From the human T2T-CHM13v2.0 reference genome, Homo sapiens, in assembly GCF_009914755.1 (NCBI RefSeq), contig NC_060932.1: 64,000 nt of DNA. One strand, 5' to 3'. Shown here piece by piece: positions 26,524 through 50,526 of the stretch. Each line of letters opens with the position of its first letter. Within the stretch, counting starts at the first letter, position 1. A program made the translations under genes and the position numbers. The notes beneath the pieces were generated by a model. It did no database searches. It was not told the origin of the DNA and was given only the letters and a program-made list of their open reading frames with translations.

Positions 26524-26655
26524 TAGCCAGTTATGGTGGCACAGGCCTATAGTCTCAGCTACCCAGCAGACTGAGGTGGGAGGATCACATGAGCCCAGGA
26601 GTTCGTTCAAGTCCAGGCTGGGCAACATAGTGAGGCCTCGTCTCTAAAAAAAACT
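26524..26655 (+). mobile_element. Alu monomer (FLAM-like)
   Basis: Single left-arm-type unit with an A tail. Confidence 0.75.
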
Positions 26656-29600
26656 AAATAAATTTTTAAAAAGAAAAAAATAGTCATAGCAAGATATTAA
26701 TATATATAATTATTTATTTAGAACATAGAGCTCATATAAAACCTTCAGAAAAACAATAAAATCTCAATAAATAAACAGGCCTAAGAAATGAATATAAAAT
26801 TCACAAAACTAAAAAAAAGAGCTAATTAACATACATGGAAACTACTAAACTGCTCTAATTATCAAAGAAAGGCAAATTAAAACAATAAAGTACCAAATAT
26901 AAAATTACCCCAGGGGTTACAATATTGCTGTGAATAACAGCACATGTATAACCAGAATGTAAACCAGAGTGTAAAAGTGACATAAGAATTCAGAAGTATT
27001 TTCCAAGAAGCACTAGGAAACATTGATCCACTGAAAAATTATTTATTGAGCACCTACTCTAGATTTAATTTTTTTTTAAATCTCTAACCTAACCTCATGG
27101 GGCTCCAATCTAGCAGGAAATACAGACTTAGAGACTCATAAATGATCATAAAAAGCTCTTTCAAAGTGAAACATAACCAAAAAGGAGTGCAATTAATTAG
27201 GAACAGATAGAGGAAGTGGCATTAAAATCAAGCTTTAAATAAAAAAAGTAGCTCACTATCCAGAGAAAGGAAAGACTACTAATAGAGTAACTCAAATGAT
27301 GAACTAAAGAATAGAAATATAACAATTATAAAATGGCACTCAGAAACCAAGTAAGGCCCAGTTTTCTTCCTTCCACTACAATAAGAAAAATGACAAAAAG
27401 CGATAGTCCAAATTTCAGCCTTGTACCAAAACGGAGACAAATCTTAGCAAATTTGGAAGATAAATGTTTACTTGGTCTCTTTTAAATATCAATGGTGCCA
27501 AATGAACTTTGGACAAGAGAAATATCTGTATCAAGGTTTAAGGTACTCTACAAGTATTGTGTGTCACTAATGGAAAAGGAGGAGAGTGGAAGGAAATAAG
27601 AACGTATACTTAGTGGACACCATACAGCAGGTTCTGATCTAGATGTTTATATCATGCTCATTTCATGTCATTTGGACATATGTTAACCTTTTTGTTATTA
27701 AAAAATAAAGAAGTTGACAGTCATTTTCCTAGATAGATGGAGTTTTGTTTTCAAATAATCTCTAGCTGTTTTAACAAATTTCATTCACATATAAGCACAG
27801 CCAATTACCAAAAGTAGCTAGATTTTTATTTGGCAACAAAGAGAACTACTTCTTTCCATTGTGACATAAAATTTAAAGCAGTACCTTTCTCATATCTGTA
27901 AGACTTTTCATGAGGCTGGATAGGTCCATACCCAACTATTTCAAAATGGTCAGATTTATACTGAAAACACCAAGAGGGAGAAAACACATGAGAGAGGATC
28001 TGCTTCATATAGAAGAAGGTAATGTAAGAATTCAGCTCCAAGATGGAAAAGCGTTAGATCCATTCTCAAATCACAGCTAGCACTTCCTTCAGTGGTATCT
28101 GTTAAGAATCCCTTAAAACAAACAAAAAAAAAATTGTGGACACCATTGATTGGAATACAAAATATTTTATCAACAGAATACTTCATTTGTGGATTTAATT
28201 AGGTTATCCTCAATACATTACAGATTTCATTTCATTTAGGTCACTATACAAATGGTGCGATGTCATTTTTAAATCCTCTGAATCACATTTTATAGTCTGT
28301 TTTGCTGTATTTTTTTAAAGAAGGGTGGTAGAGAGATAATAAACCATGAATGAAATACTCAGCAATCAGGGATAAAAGTAAGACATTTATAGCTGAGCTA
28401 ATACGTTAAAAGATGGAAGTCTACATCTGGTTTCAATTGGTATGAATTCACTGGCAAATTTAAGAAGAATTTCATTGTACGAAAACAAAAAGATGGTTTT
28501 GATAGGCTTTAGTCCTCTGGTTACTTTTGTTTCTTTAGTCACATGATTAGTATAATAATATGATACATTTAATATGTCACTGTGTATATGGTTTTGATAA
28601 AAATACACCCACCAACTTGTCTCAAGGGCACATGCACAAATGGTTTTAAAATACATATACTGCCTTAATGTTTTTAGATCAGTAAAAATGAATTCAAGTG
28701 AGGTTTTAAGTTCACACAAAATTAAGAATTTTAATTTTCTAATAAGTCTTTCGCAATGTTAGCTAAACACCTTTTGGACATAATTACTTATGCATATAAA
28801 ATGACGCATTAATTCTACATTTAATACCTATTAGATAGTAAGGATACAAAAAATTAGACATACGCCCCCCTTTTCAAATGCCATAAATAGATAAGTACAG
28901 GTACTTCATTTAAGTTTTACTTTCATAGGCACTTGCATAAGGTCTTAAAAATTGATCGAAACTCACCAATGTAATCCTTACACAGTCTTTTAAGGCCTGG
29001 ATCAAACTTTGCCTCTTTCAAGAAATCACCCTATATTCCTCGAGTCAGGATTAATCTATCCAGTGTTAACAATGGTGATAACAATAACAGCTTGCATTTA
29101 TTGAGTTCTTACTAGTCAGCCACTCCACAGGTTTCATTTCATTTAACACCCAAACAGAACTGTAGAAGGTAGGCACTAACAAGGATTTACTGAAAGTCTG
29201 TTACATGATCACTGTCTTCATGACACTCAGAATTTTGTGGGAAGGGAATAGGAACAATTAATTACAATACTAAGCGATGCCTGCAACAACAGGATTAGCA
29301 ATAGGAGCACTCCAGGACAGCAGTTCTTAAAGCTGATTATGCATAAGAACCAGTACTCTTAAAATCCAAACCATCTAATACAACATTTAAGGCCTTGAAT
29401 GATACAATTCCTGCCAGCCTCGACCATCTACCTTACCATTCTACCACTCAGGAAGGGCTTCACAGAGATGACTTTTGAGCTGACTCTAAAAGAGTGAACA
29501 AAGTTTATCAGGTGACCAAAGAGGGAAAGATACATAAGGCATGTGCAAAGGCACTGAGCATAAAAATACATAAAGTGCATTACCAATGAATAGTTCTTTG

Positions 29601-32149
29601 TGTTTGAACATAGTGTGTATGGTAAAATAGTGCAAAATGGGAAGTCAGATTAGGGCCAAACTGTTTTACACACCCACATATTTTTAAGTGGAAAGATGAC
29701 ATGATCATATCTGAACTTTTAGGAAGAAAACTCTGACAGCAGGCTCTCAGACAAAGACTAAAAGGAGGAAAACAGAAGTGGAGAATTTAATAATAAAATA
29801 ATTCGTAAAAATAACAGTAGTAGTAGTAGGAGTAATAGTAACAGGTCTATAACCTTGCTTAGAATCCTAAGAGAGACTTGTGTGGTAGAATTAATAGTGA
29901 ACACCTTAAGCAAAATTATTCAGAAGACGAAGAAGAGTCAGACCATGCAGAGAAGCCAAAAGGTGCCAAAAGCAAAATCCATCTTTCCTAATTTACGTAG
30001 GTCTTAAAGACTATCTAGAGTCTTTTCCCACAACTGAAAGTGCCTTAGCACTAAAGAATCATATATTGCTTAGTTAGCATCCTCTCAGTTCTCCCAAAAA
30101 ATTGTTATAAAAAATGAACATGTCCTTTGACTCAGTAATTCCATTTCATTAATACATCCAATGACCACAACACAAATATGCCAATACCTATGTACAAAAG
30201 TTCCCTGCAGCTTTGAGTGTAGCAATAAAACATTAAAAAGTTAGAAGTCACTTTCATCCAGGAGACTGAAAAAAATACATTCTGTTACACACACATAAGA
30301 CCTATATGTACTGGTATGGGAAGGTATCTAAAATATATCAGAAGTTGAAAATGAAAAACGGTAAGGTATAAAACATCACATATGGTATTAATCCCTTGTG
30401 TAAAACAAGATATACATACATATGTGGTGAAAGAATCCACAAGAAATTAACTGACACAACCTCAAGGAAGTAAAATTGAAGGGTAGATGTGAAGACATTA
30501 ACTTCCTCTTTTGTACCCTTTTGTATTATTTGAAATTTTTACAATGTGCTCGTGTTATGTTTTTCTCTATAATTTATATAATTAAAAGGAATGAAGCAGT
30601 TAAAAGTACACTCTAGTTAAAAGTACAGATAATTATGCAACGCAATTTTAGAAGATCTCCATATAATACTGTTAAAATTAGAAATTTGCCATCCAAGGAA
30701 CTAACTTTCCATTTCCTGGAATATTAACTTATATATATTTCTTGATTTCCTAAGATTAAACAAAAGTAAGATAAGACACAATGATCTTTTCATATGTTTT
30801 TTCTAATGCTGAAGAATATCCACTATTTCAACAAACATCATACAATTCTTAAATCACTTGTGATTTAAAACTAAATACCACTTTTTAAAGTTTTTACCTT
30901 AACAGTAAAAAGTGGCAATTTACATTTGTATAGAACTTTACAGGTTACAGAGTCCTCTGACACTTACCATGTTTTTTTCCCACAAGAAAACACTGATGTA
31001 GGTAAAGCAAGTAATATGATATTAGATCAATTTCAGGATTAGGAAACTGAAGCTGAGAGGAGTTACACAATGTACCCAGGGTCACAGAGCTAATAAGTAA
31101 CAACCCAAGCACTGAAGCTTGGTCTTCCTGCTCCACATCCAAAGGGCTTTCCACTAAACCACATCACTCCAAATAACCACTGTTACAGCGTGCTATGGGG
31201 TCAGGCTTCTGACAGGGAAGAAGGGCTCACTACAGATCTGGCAATGACAGGCAGTCTGCCTGCAGAGGAATGTACAATACAAAAATAAAGTGTATGAAGG
31301 TGGGCCTGACTGACGAAAGGGAAGTAGAACTGGGAGAAATGCCAAGAAGAATAACAAAGGTGAAAACTGGGCAACTTACCAATAAGGGAAGCCAAGGAAA
31401 TACCTTTGTAAACTTAATTTACTTAGTTAAGGTAGAAGGGATAGTCTATGTAGGGGACTATATATTATAATGTGGAAAAATCATAAAGTGTTTATAATTC
31501 AATCAAAAGATTTAGAAAAGATGTAATGAAGCGTGATGTGTATGCTGTATTTAATCAGAGATTACAATGTGGCAGCACATGACTGCCATGAAAATTTTAA
31601 TGGTCTAATCCCACAATGCATATCCTGTTAATGTTGTGGCTTAGAACTTTAAGAGGCAAGTGTGAAGTACACTCAGAACTCATACTCACTCCATGGGACA
31701 CCCGAAATAAGGAGCAAAAAGTATCACTTTCTACACAAAAGAACTCATTCTCCTAAGATTCTAGTACAGCACTGATCATTAGTACCCACTCAGAGTCAGA
31801 AAATCCTTGTAAGAACGGGCCAGGGACACCAGAAATAACACCAGGATCAAGCCATCCTGGACTAAAGAGAACCATGGGTCTTTCCACTGAGTACTTTCCA
31901 GGAAAATCCTTTAGCAAACATTTACTGCTGACCTAGCAGGAACAGGCTCCTTGAGAAACATCAACCTTACTGTCCCTTACTGTGACAGAAGGAAAAAAGA
32001 GATGGGACCCAAAAGCTTTGACTCAATGTCACCAGATGTATCTTCCACAGTTTAAGATTCATTTTGTGAGCTATTTTAGAGTTTTTAAATTATTGTCCTT
32101 TATTCCTGGTGTGTTTTGAAGTTTAGTAAATATATAGAAACATCTATTA

Positions 32150-32650
32150 TTTTTTGCCAGTCTAGCACTCATTTGCTCTTCTCCTGCTAAACATATTCTG
32201 ATTTCCCTCTAGGAAATCACTACTTCTCCATTCTCAGACCATGTATTTCTGGTAGTCAAGTCTACCCTAGCTCCAGATTGAACATATGACCTAGGTCTAA
32301 GTCAATTACTAAATCACATTGTAATGGCCACAATGATTTGCTCAGAGAAGGGCACATGACCCACGCAGAGGCACAAGATTATCACTCTTTTCTGCTGGAT
32401 TTCAACTAGAAAGATATAACCCAGGGAACTGCTGGCAGACATCTTGTAACTGAGGGAAGAGCTTGTGTGAGTGAGGCCAAGAAAGAGGTATCAGAACAAA
32501 AACATGAATTCAAGTAATTCCTCTCACCCTGAATCAAGCCATGCACAAACTAACTTTGCAATGAGCAAGGGTTATGTGAACAAATAAATTCCCTCTTTGG
32601 CTTGAGCTGGCTTAGGCTGGGTTTTCTGTAACTTATAACCAAAAGTTGAA
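32150..32650. mobile_element. MLT1-type MaLR LTR (degenerate)
   Basis: Contains MLT1-like motifs gggcacatgaccca and aataaattccctctttggcttgagc...gttttctgtaacttataacc. Confidence 0.55.
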
Positions 32651-34221
32651 ACTGATTCAGTAAACTTGAAGTAAATACCAAACAGGAGAAGTTCTTGGAA
32701 AAGAGGTTTGTGTAAAGCACAAACCACTGACTAACTCCAGAAATGCTAGAGGTTATTCCAGATGTATAACAGCTTTAGATGTCTGATCTATTTTCTACTT
32801 TCTGGCCCATCAAAAAAAGGGATACAATAATTGGCGGAAAGAAAAGTAGAATAAACATATTTTTTAAAAGGAACATGCACAGTCATTTTTTTAAAGTCTC
32901 CTGCTGCCTTCATTTTCCTACTAGCACCTCCCCTAGCTAGTTTGTCATTGTATTCATTTGCATTTGATTTCTCATTTTACGGAACTCTCAGATGTTTCAG
33001 TTTCCATTCATTTTTATGGCATAATCAACTCACACAATAGTTACCAAAACCCTTTACAGAAAAATCAATGGTTTCGAGAAACTTGGTGAATATGTAGCAA
33101 TTTCTGAAATACTTAAATCTCAAAAGTAATACTTAAGCTTACATGTAAGATTTTATCTGATCATTCATCAAGCTTCATATTCCAACTTCTTAACAACCAA
33201 AATTTCTCCCTGCCCCCTCCTCCTCTCCTAGGATAAAGAATACACACATTAAATTGGGGCTCCCAGGTATCCTGGATGAGGAAAATACTCTGGGAAAAAC
33301 AGCACAGCTGTTCAGTTAACTCCCTTCTACCCTCACAAATCTATTTCATTCCACCCCCCTAAAGAAGAGACTTGAAAATATAAAATATCCAAGGTTATAA
33401 ACAATAAAAAAAGTTATGGAATTTGTCCAGAAAAACACAAATCTTCTGTTCAACACAAAGTACATACATTAGGAAAAATAACTAGAATATTTTAACCATT
33501 ATTCGAGAGGGCAGAGAGAGGTTGTCTTTCATGAAATCTGGATTGCACATGTCTGGCAAGGAAAAAAAAGATTAATAATCTATCACAAAGCCCCACAACT
33601 AGTGATTCAAAATGAAAGCTTTCACTACTTACACCATATGTAAATATATATATATACAAGCTGCTTATAATCCCTTGATCTGCAGAGAAAGAGAACTGAT
33701 ACTCTACTGTGAAAATGGTCAGTGGGTACACATTTTAAAATCCTTTCCCACATGAAAAGATTCCTGAAAAAGAGATCAGAAGACAACAGAAAAGCACTCA
33801 ATATATATGGAGTTGTAAATCCAGTATGAACCAGTATCTATTACACAAAGGAGGAACATGCAACAAAGTGATTAGGAAAGTCAAACATGAATTAATCTAA
33901 TAACACAAAGGTAAATATAAACCCCAAAGAGCACTTTATTGAACAGAAATCCACACATATCAAAAAGATGTCTACTATTAACAATGACATATCAAGCTTT
34001 TAAACTCCAAATTAATCTTAATAATCAATAATGCAAACTTGATATGCCCTTACCAAGAAAAAAAAGTTTGAAGAAGCACTTAACATCAAGGCAGAACATA
34101 TACATATTTTTAAAATATAACAAACCAAATGTTTACCATAAAGGCTATTACATGCAAGGTATTGATTCTAAGGGCACTTGGATAAAATATGCTAGTATAT
34201 TTTGAATAGCCACTGCTTGAC

Positions 34222-34551
34222 TCTTTTATTTATTTGGTTATTTGGTTATTTATGTATTTATATGTTTATTGAGGTGGAGTCTCACTCTGTCACCCATGCT
34301 GGAGTGCAGTGGCGAGATCTAGGCTCACTGCAACCTCTGCCTCCTGGGTTCAAGTGATTCTCATGCCTCAGTCTCCCGGCAGCTAGGATTACAGGCGCAT
34401 GCCAACACACCAGGCCAATTTTTGTATTTTTAGTAGAGACGGGGTTTCTCTATGTCAGCCAGGTTGGTCTCAAACTCCTGAGCCCAAGTGATCTCCCCGC
34501 CTCAGCCTCCCAAAGTGCTGGGATTACAGGTGTGAGCCACCTCGCCCAGCC
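34222..34551 (-). mobile_element. AluS
   Basis: Reverse dimer with a (ttta)-type tail. Confidence 0.92.
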
Positions 34552-35537
34552 ACCACCGTTTGATTCTATTAAAGAAACTAACACTGTACCTAAAAATGTG
34601 AGGTCTATGTTATGGAATGTATACTTTCTTCATTAACAACAATAATTCAAAGTACCAAAGTACCAATGGTGAATACTAAGATTCTATCCTTGGTTCTATA
34701 GTTCTCTGCATTCTTCTACCCAAATACATCTGGTAGATGATCATGTCCAAAATGCAAAGACACTTTTATCTACCTAAGTGAGATGATAGGATAAGGATGA
34801 CAATGTCAAAAGCAAATATATATAGGGCCACTTATGTGCCAGGTGTTATTCTTTAAATACATGTAATCTTTATAACAACTCATATCTTGTCCCATATATC
34901 AGATGAAGAAATTAAGTCACAGAGAAGTTTAAAAACTTGCCCAAGTTCAGAGAGGTAGTATGTAGCAGAGCCAGGATTCAAATCCTGGCAGTCTGGCTCC
35001 ACATTTCATGTTCTCAGCTCAATTCTAGTCTTCAGCTATAATTCCAATCCTTTCTTTCCATATCACTACTTAACCTCCATATGTTTCCATTTCTCATCTG
35101 GAAAATGGGTCATTAATAGTTCTTACCTCATAGAGTTCTCCAATCCTCATGAGGATTAAATGCCATAATATACATAATGTATTTAGAAAAGTACCTGGCA
35201 CATAAAAGTAATACATATTTCTGTTGTTATTTTATCTACCAAATGTCTGTCACTGGAGTTGAGAACCATTGTTCTAAAACTGTAACAGTGAGAATTTACC
35301 AAGCAGAATAGTCTTAATGTGCCCTTACACTGGTAACTAAAGAAAACTGGACTTTCTCAATTATTTTCAATATAAAACAAGTCCACCACCAGCCTTCAAG
35401 AAAATATACAAATCATTTAAGAGTTGCTATCTTCAGTCTGGAATTTCTTCTCCATTATTTTGTGTTCCCTCACACCCACCCAATATTACAGAAATAGATC
35501 TCATCCTGATAAAGGTATATAGTGAAAATGTCTCTTA

Positions 35538-35895
<358 letters not shown>

Positions 35896-36579
35896 TTAAT
35901 GTAATTCTCATCTATACAGCTGGATGCTGGGTACTCTTGAATCAGAATACTACTCCCAGAGTTTGGCTTCACGAAAGAGCTACAAAGTGTGAAGACTGAG
36001 GGAACTACAACCATCCTTTAACCCAGGGACTAACGCTGATCGACATTTAAATATGCTTCTATTAATAGTTTTCTGTTGTGACAACACTCTTGCACAGGCC
36101 CCACTATACAATTGTGCCAAGATTTCTCAAAAGTACAGAAGGAGGAGGAAAACCACTGGATAGAGCCTAGAGTACATACATATTCAACGACAGGAGATTA
36201 TCAAATTACTCTTTGAAGTAGTTGTACTAATTTAAATTCCTAAGAGTATGATAGCATATAGAGTATATATAAGGCACAAGTGAGTACAATAAATTTGGAA
36301 GCATTTCTATGGAGAAGGTCATAACCAAGAGCAGACAAAGAAGTGATCTACCAAGTAAACCCCAGAAGGACTCCAAGCTTAGAACCATAGGGTAGGGAGA
36401 GCAAGAGGGAAAGGGAGTTCACTTTTTCACGGAAGCTGTAAAGAAGAAAATGGAACAAGAGTTGGCTCCTTGACCCCAGTCTGCCCCTGCTCCCATGTAC
36501 ATGCAGATTACATGAATTCTGGCATTTATCCCCAGATCAAAAAAAAGGGGAAAGGGTTCCTCTCTAAAGAAATTCAGGG

Positions 36580-38200
<1,621 letters not shown>

Positions 38201-38421
38201 ATTTAGAGACAGAAATAAAATTTGAGCATATCATTGTTTCCTCTTCCAAGATGTTCTTTGCCCTCTCTTCTCTGACTTACTCATTTATTCATTCACTCTC
38301 TCAATATTTACTGAGCACCCATCCTAGGAGCTAAAGATAAAACAGTGAACGAAAAAAGAAAAACACCTGCCCTTTTGAAGCTTATATTCAATAACTCCTA
38401 TTCTTTCAAGAATCTGCTAAA

Positions 38422-38746
38422 GCAGGAGTCCCCAACCCCTGGGTACTGGTCCATGGCCCGTTGGGAACTGGGCCACATAGCAGCAGGTGAGTGGCGGGTG
38501 GGCAAGCATTACTGCCTGAGCTCCACCTCCTCCTGTCAGATCAGCAGCAGCATTAGATTCTCATAGGAGAATAAACCCTATTGTGAACTGCACATGCAAG
38601 GAATCTAGGTTATGCACTCCTTATGAGAATCTAATACCTGATGATCTGAAGTGGAACAGTTTCATCCTGAAACTATCACCCCCATCCGTAGAAAAATTGT
38701 CTTCCATGAAACCAGTCCCTGGTGCCAAAAAGGTCGAGGACCACTG
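38422..38746 (+). mobile_element. MER1B hAT MITE
   Basis: TIRs caggagtccccaacc ... ggtcgaggaccactg with a typical internal sequence. Confidence 0.85.
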
Positions 38747-39003
38747 TGCTAACGGATTCTCTCACCAATGAAACTTTTTCTAAATTGTTAGGCTATGTGC
38801 ATCTCCTTTTTTCCTCCTAAAGAACTCTAACTCTTTGCAAAACAGAATTTGGCTTTTTACATACCTATTACCTCATCTAGTGTGTGAAGAATGCAAGACA
38901 GCAACATTTATTAGTTATTTGTACTTCTAGTGAACAGCACTGGGCCTAAATCAATAAATGTGTTTTGAACCTTTCCATTCAACCAAAATGTAAATAAAAC
39001 TGC

Positions 39004-39393
39004 TGTATTCATCCACTCTCACACTGCTATAAAGAACTACCTGAGACTGGGTAATTTAGAAGAAAAGAGATTTGATTGACTCACAGTTCCACAGGCTGTA
39101 CAGGAGGCATGGCTGGGGAGGCCATGGAGACTCACAATCATGACGGAAGGGCAAAGGGGAAGCAAACACCGAATTCTCATGGCACAGCGGGAGAGAGGAT
39201 GAAGGGGGAAGTGCTACACACTCTCATGAGAACTCACTATCACAAGAACAGCCGGGGGAAATCTGCACCCATGATCCAATCACCTCCAATCCACCTCCAT
39301 GATCCAATCACCTCCCACCAGGTCCCTCCCCGAACACTGGGGATTACAATTCAACATGAGATTTGGGTGGGAACGTAGAGCTAAACCATATCA
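39004..39393 (-). mobile_element. MSTA-like MaLR solo LTR
   Basis: Runs tgtatt...cacactgctataaag..acctgagactgggtaattt...aattcaacatgagatttgggtggg...aaaccatatca. Confidence 0.88.
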
Positions 39394-42300
39394 ACTGACA
39401 AGTAAAATGTAAAGCACTAGGCAAATGTTACTTATTACTTAACAGATGAGGACACTGAAGTCCTTGTCAGTTGAATGATTTGCTACAGACCACAAGACTA
39501 GTCTGTAGAAGAACCAAAACTAAAACCCATATTGCTGAAAGCCTGGGTTCATGCCGTTTCTCCTATACTAGGTTGAATGAAAACAAGTAGTCAAATCAAA
39601 AAATGGGCCTAAATGGGAAAGAATAACCTTAGGCATTTTCTTAGAATGTTTTTAAGTATACAATAAACATCCAAAATATAGACTCTATTTCTTCCATATG
39701 TCAAGACATAGCTTTACAATTATGTAAAGATCATTTGGAAAGCCTCTAATCAAAAATCTAACCTATCTTTTAAGAGCTTCAATTTCACAGAGTTATGCAT
39801 TTCTACTCTGCAGTATATGTTTGAAATGCATAAATGTTTCGAGATGTTTAACGGCATTTAATATAATATAAATTGGTTTTTAAAAAATTTCTTCATGGGA
39901 AACCTTCAAAACTTACTACCACAAATATACTAAAGTTTTTATTCTTTTAAAACTTGAAAACACTTGACTCCTCAAAAAAAAAAAGCTCATATTACCTTAC
40001 ACAAACAACAACAAAAAGCTTTTTCATGAGTCACAGAAGGCCTATGGTTAAAATTATCAAGATACACATTTTTAAAATTAAGCAAAAAATTAAACAGACA
40101 CATATATAACTTTTGTAAAAATCAGGGAACTAATGAAACATTCTGGTATTTCACACATGCCAAGGTTACTAGTAAGCATACTTTTTATGGCTTGTCTTTG
40201 GTATATGACCATATTTGTTCAGCAATCCACATTATTAATACCGAATAGTAGCCATGCAAATTATAACTTATCCACAAAAATATAACACTGAATAAAGAGG
40301 TAGGGTAATTTTATATTCACAGGACAAGAAGCCAAAAAATTGGCTGTTTCAGCTCAACATTTATCAAAGGCTTGTAGGTGCCAAAAGCTATTCTAGGCAC
40401 TTGGAATATTTCAAGATTAATATATTAAAACTCCTGGGCAACTGCAACTACTCTTCTCCCAAACACTAAAAGCTGACTAATTAAATGTAACTCCCATATA
40501 TAGGATACCATGACTGGGTTATCTACAAAGAAGTTTCATCAAACTTAAAAGATAGTTTAAAATACTGTGAAAAAATCAGTTACTGAATGTGAATGATACG
40601 AGGACTTGAGCTGTGTTTGTGAGTCTGATCACAAAAATCAGAAATTTAAGTCACATATACTATTTTATAGAGCCCCAAATACTTAAAAACCAAAAGGACT
40701 CAATGAATACTAATCTTACAGTGATTTTTACTCATAATGTAACCAGAAGAGTCAGAGAAACTTTTATCACCCATTAGAATACAGGAGTTTTACCTTTTTC
40801 CTAATTCTAGTACCACTACCATTAATTACCACAATTCGTTACCAGCTCAAGTGCCAACTCTGTGATCTGGCCCATGTTGAGTAAGAATCAGCACTTAAAT
40901 AGACAAAATCTCTACCCTTTACAACTCAGACTCAGTTACAATCACTGGAATATGTCTAATTAACCCACAACTTAATTCTATGCCTTCATCTTTTCCTACA
41001 TGTTTCCCAAAGGAAAAGTATAGATCAGATTTTGAAGGTCCTTCTTTAATATCTATGCTGACAATCAGATAATTTGTTTTATGACTTTTAAAATATGTGA
41101 AGTACTCATATAACTATTAGCAAACTGTCAAGCAATAAAACATAAAAAAAAGGCCAACAGAAACAACAAACAGCAAAGAACAGGCACAAAAAGAACATGA
41201 AACAGCCAATACAAATATGAAAAGATAGCCTACCTAATAGTCAAAATAAACATCATCATCACAGTAAAAATAGCATTTATTGTGCTTTCTTTATGTAAGA
41301 GTGAATATGCAATAAACACCCAATTAATTAATCAATGAATTACTAAATAGACAACAAACTACCTGAGAAAATAAGCAAATTTTCAAATAAGAGGTAACAT
41401 TTTCAGCTGGGCCTTCATGGATGCAAATACACTAGGCAAAGACTGGGGGTAGGGATAACACTAAAAGAAGTGCAGAGGATGAGGCAAGGGCATACATATA
41501 ATCACCAAAATATGAAGCCAGTTCTTATTCTAGGAGCCAGTTCTCATTGTAACACTGAACTGGAAAGTACCTGATAAAACAGTGACAAGGTATGAAACTG
41601 TACAGGAAGAAAGGAGGTAATACATAAACTCTGTTTATACATCAGGCTAAAAAATTTGAACTTAAATGTTTTATTTAAAAGACATGTAACTTAATTGGAC
41701 TTGCTCTTTCCTGTGCCTTTTATTTTCAATTTTCAAGGAAATATTTGTTCAAAAATAGACAATAGTCAATAATTCAGAATCAAGAACGCTTTACCCCTAA
41801 TAAGATTTCTTTCAAAGACAAGCACAATTCCACACACAAAATAAATATGTTACTTAGGTGGTTCTCCAAGACTTACTACTCTTAAAACAAATTAAAAATT
41901 TAGAATCTATTGTCAACTCCCTAAATCATCACATAATTTTGTTTCTTCTCTATAATAAATGAAGCTCACTATATATAAATATGTACAAATAGAATATGCA
42001 AATTATACATAGACAATATCCAGAAAGTTTCTAATAATGTAATCTAAACTGTCCATTACTCTGAGAAAGCTTACTATTAATGTGGTTAATATATGTAGTA
42101 TATACATAATCAAATGAATTATAAAGTTAAGGTCTCACATCAGAACAGGATTATGCTGTCACAACAACATCCATCTGGGTCCACTTGAGCACCAATCCAA
42201 CCTTGTTCTCAACCTATATTTTATAGTTTTTATTAACAATTTAAAGATAAGCACAAAACAATTTCAGTAATCATGTTTTTATATCTTTTTTTAGATTTAT

Positions 42301-42847
42301 AAAGGTTAAAGCTGTCAATAAAGTTTTACATCCACAGATCATACATGAATTCATTTAAGTGAATATAATAATAAGAAAAGTCAATTCAAGGGCTCTACCT
42401 GACATACCCAAATGAACAAGAGTAAAAAGAGATGCAAGCAAATGAGTAAACCAGTATCTGAGATACTCACTCCAAGGAAAAGGCCCCAAACATAAAGCAT
42501 GAGTTTCAAGGACAAGATAAAACTCCTAAAAAGAGATTAAGAGAAATAAATGGGGTACTAGGCAAGAATAATACAAAATGTCACACAGGATTATTAACTG
42601 GATTACAAAAAAGGTACATGAATAGAAAATAAATAAGCAAATGACTAATTAGTAAAATCAAGGAACAGGGTCAGAGGAGTAACAACGGTAAAAACTGCTA
42701 TGGTGAATAACAAAAATATATGAGATACAGCATTCTTAGATACTAGCATTAGCCGACTAGAAAATATAACAGCAACAAAAGATCATTCACATTAGCAGTA
42801 AAAATGACAAAGCTCCTAGAAGCAAATCAAATTTAAAACGTATATAA

Positions 42848-43152
<305 letters not shown>

Positions 43153-43337
43153 AATGATTTTCAAGAGGATTTAAAAATGCATTTAAATACAAAAAAGAAG
43201 AACTGAACACAAAGATATTCTATGATCATGCATTGGAAAATATTAGTTAACACAAATTATGAGTTAAATGTAATTCCAATCACAAACCCAGCAAGACTTT
43301 TTGTGGAGCTTGACAACTTATTCTAAAACTTATGTGA

Positions 43338-43652
<315 letters not shown>

Positions 43653-43741
43653 ACTTATAAGAGAGATCAAGGAAAACAAAGACAAGGGAATTGCATCCCA
43701 AACATCAAGCACGCCACCATATAATTAAGAACATATTTCTG

Positions 43742-49887
<6,146 letters not shown>

Positions 49888-50132
49888 AACATATTTCTGT
49901 TGCAGAAGCAGGCAAATAAATCTCTGCTAGAACAGACAGACCAAATATAGAGACAAATATATACATAACTTTAGTAGGACAGGCTTATAAGCCAGTTAAA
50001 AAGGGATAGAAAATTGTGTTAGGACAATTAGATTTCCACACAGAAAAAAAAAAAAGTGCTGTATACCCCTATCTCCTATCATATACAGAAATAAACTCCA
50101 GCTAGATTAAAGATGTAGGTAAAAAGCCAGCC

Positions 50133-50526
50133 TATTGCAAGATAAGAGTGACACCATTTCAAAGCAAAACCACCATAATGACAGGAGTTTGGCTCCAGCA
50201 GCAAGGTCTTTAAACAATGCCTGTAGCATAGACAACCCCTCATAAAGATGTTTATCTAACCTCTCCAGTGGTCATGAGTAGCAACAAAGTCTGAGGTGTA
50301 ACCAGCTGCATATGTTTTACCAAAAAAGCTTGCTATATAAAGGATATTTTCGGGAGGGTGGATGTGGGAATACACCACCTCTTGGCCACCCAAAACATTA
50401 TTTCTGTTTGTTAGTCTGTAATAAATGTTTTTTTATAAGAAACTGGATTTGTCAGTGTCTTTCTTCAGCTCTCAGCTCCCTTAGCCTTTGGGGGTAGCTT
50501 TGCATATGTTTGCTCATAGCAGAACA
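50133..50526 (+). mobile_element. LTR47-like ERVL solo LTR
   Basis: Has a TATA-like gctatataaagg and an aataaa, and ends gcagaaca. Resembles LTR47 as recalled. Confidence 0.7.

Noticed and set aside
28960-30970. Isolated strong minus-strand donors (TTG|gtgagt at about 28966, ATG|gtaagt at about 30967)
   Set aside because: No convincing paired acceptor was identified; such motifs are expected by chance in a 42-kb intron.
39268-39320. Repeated catgatccaatcacctcc in the MSTA LTR
   Set aside because: Local duplication of two copies, not a CRISPR-like or functional repeat.
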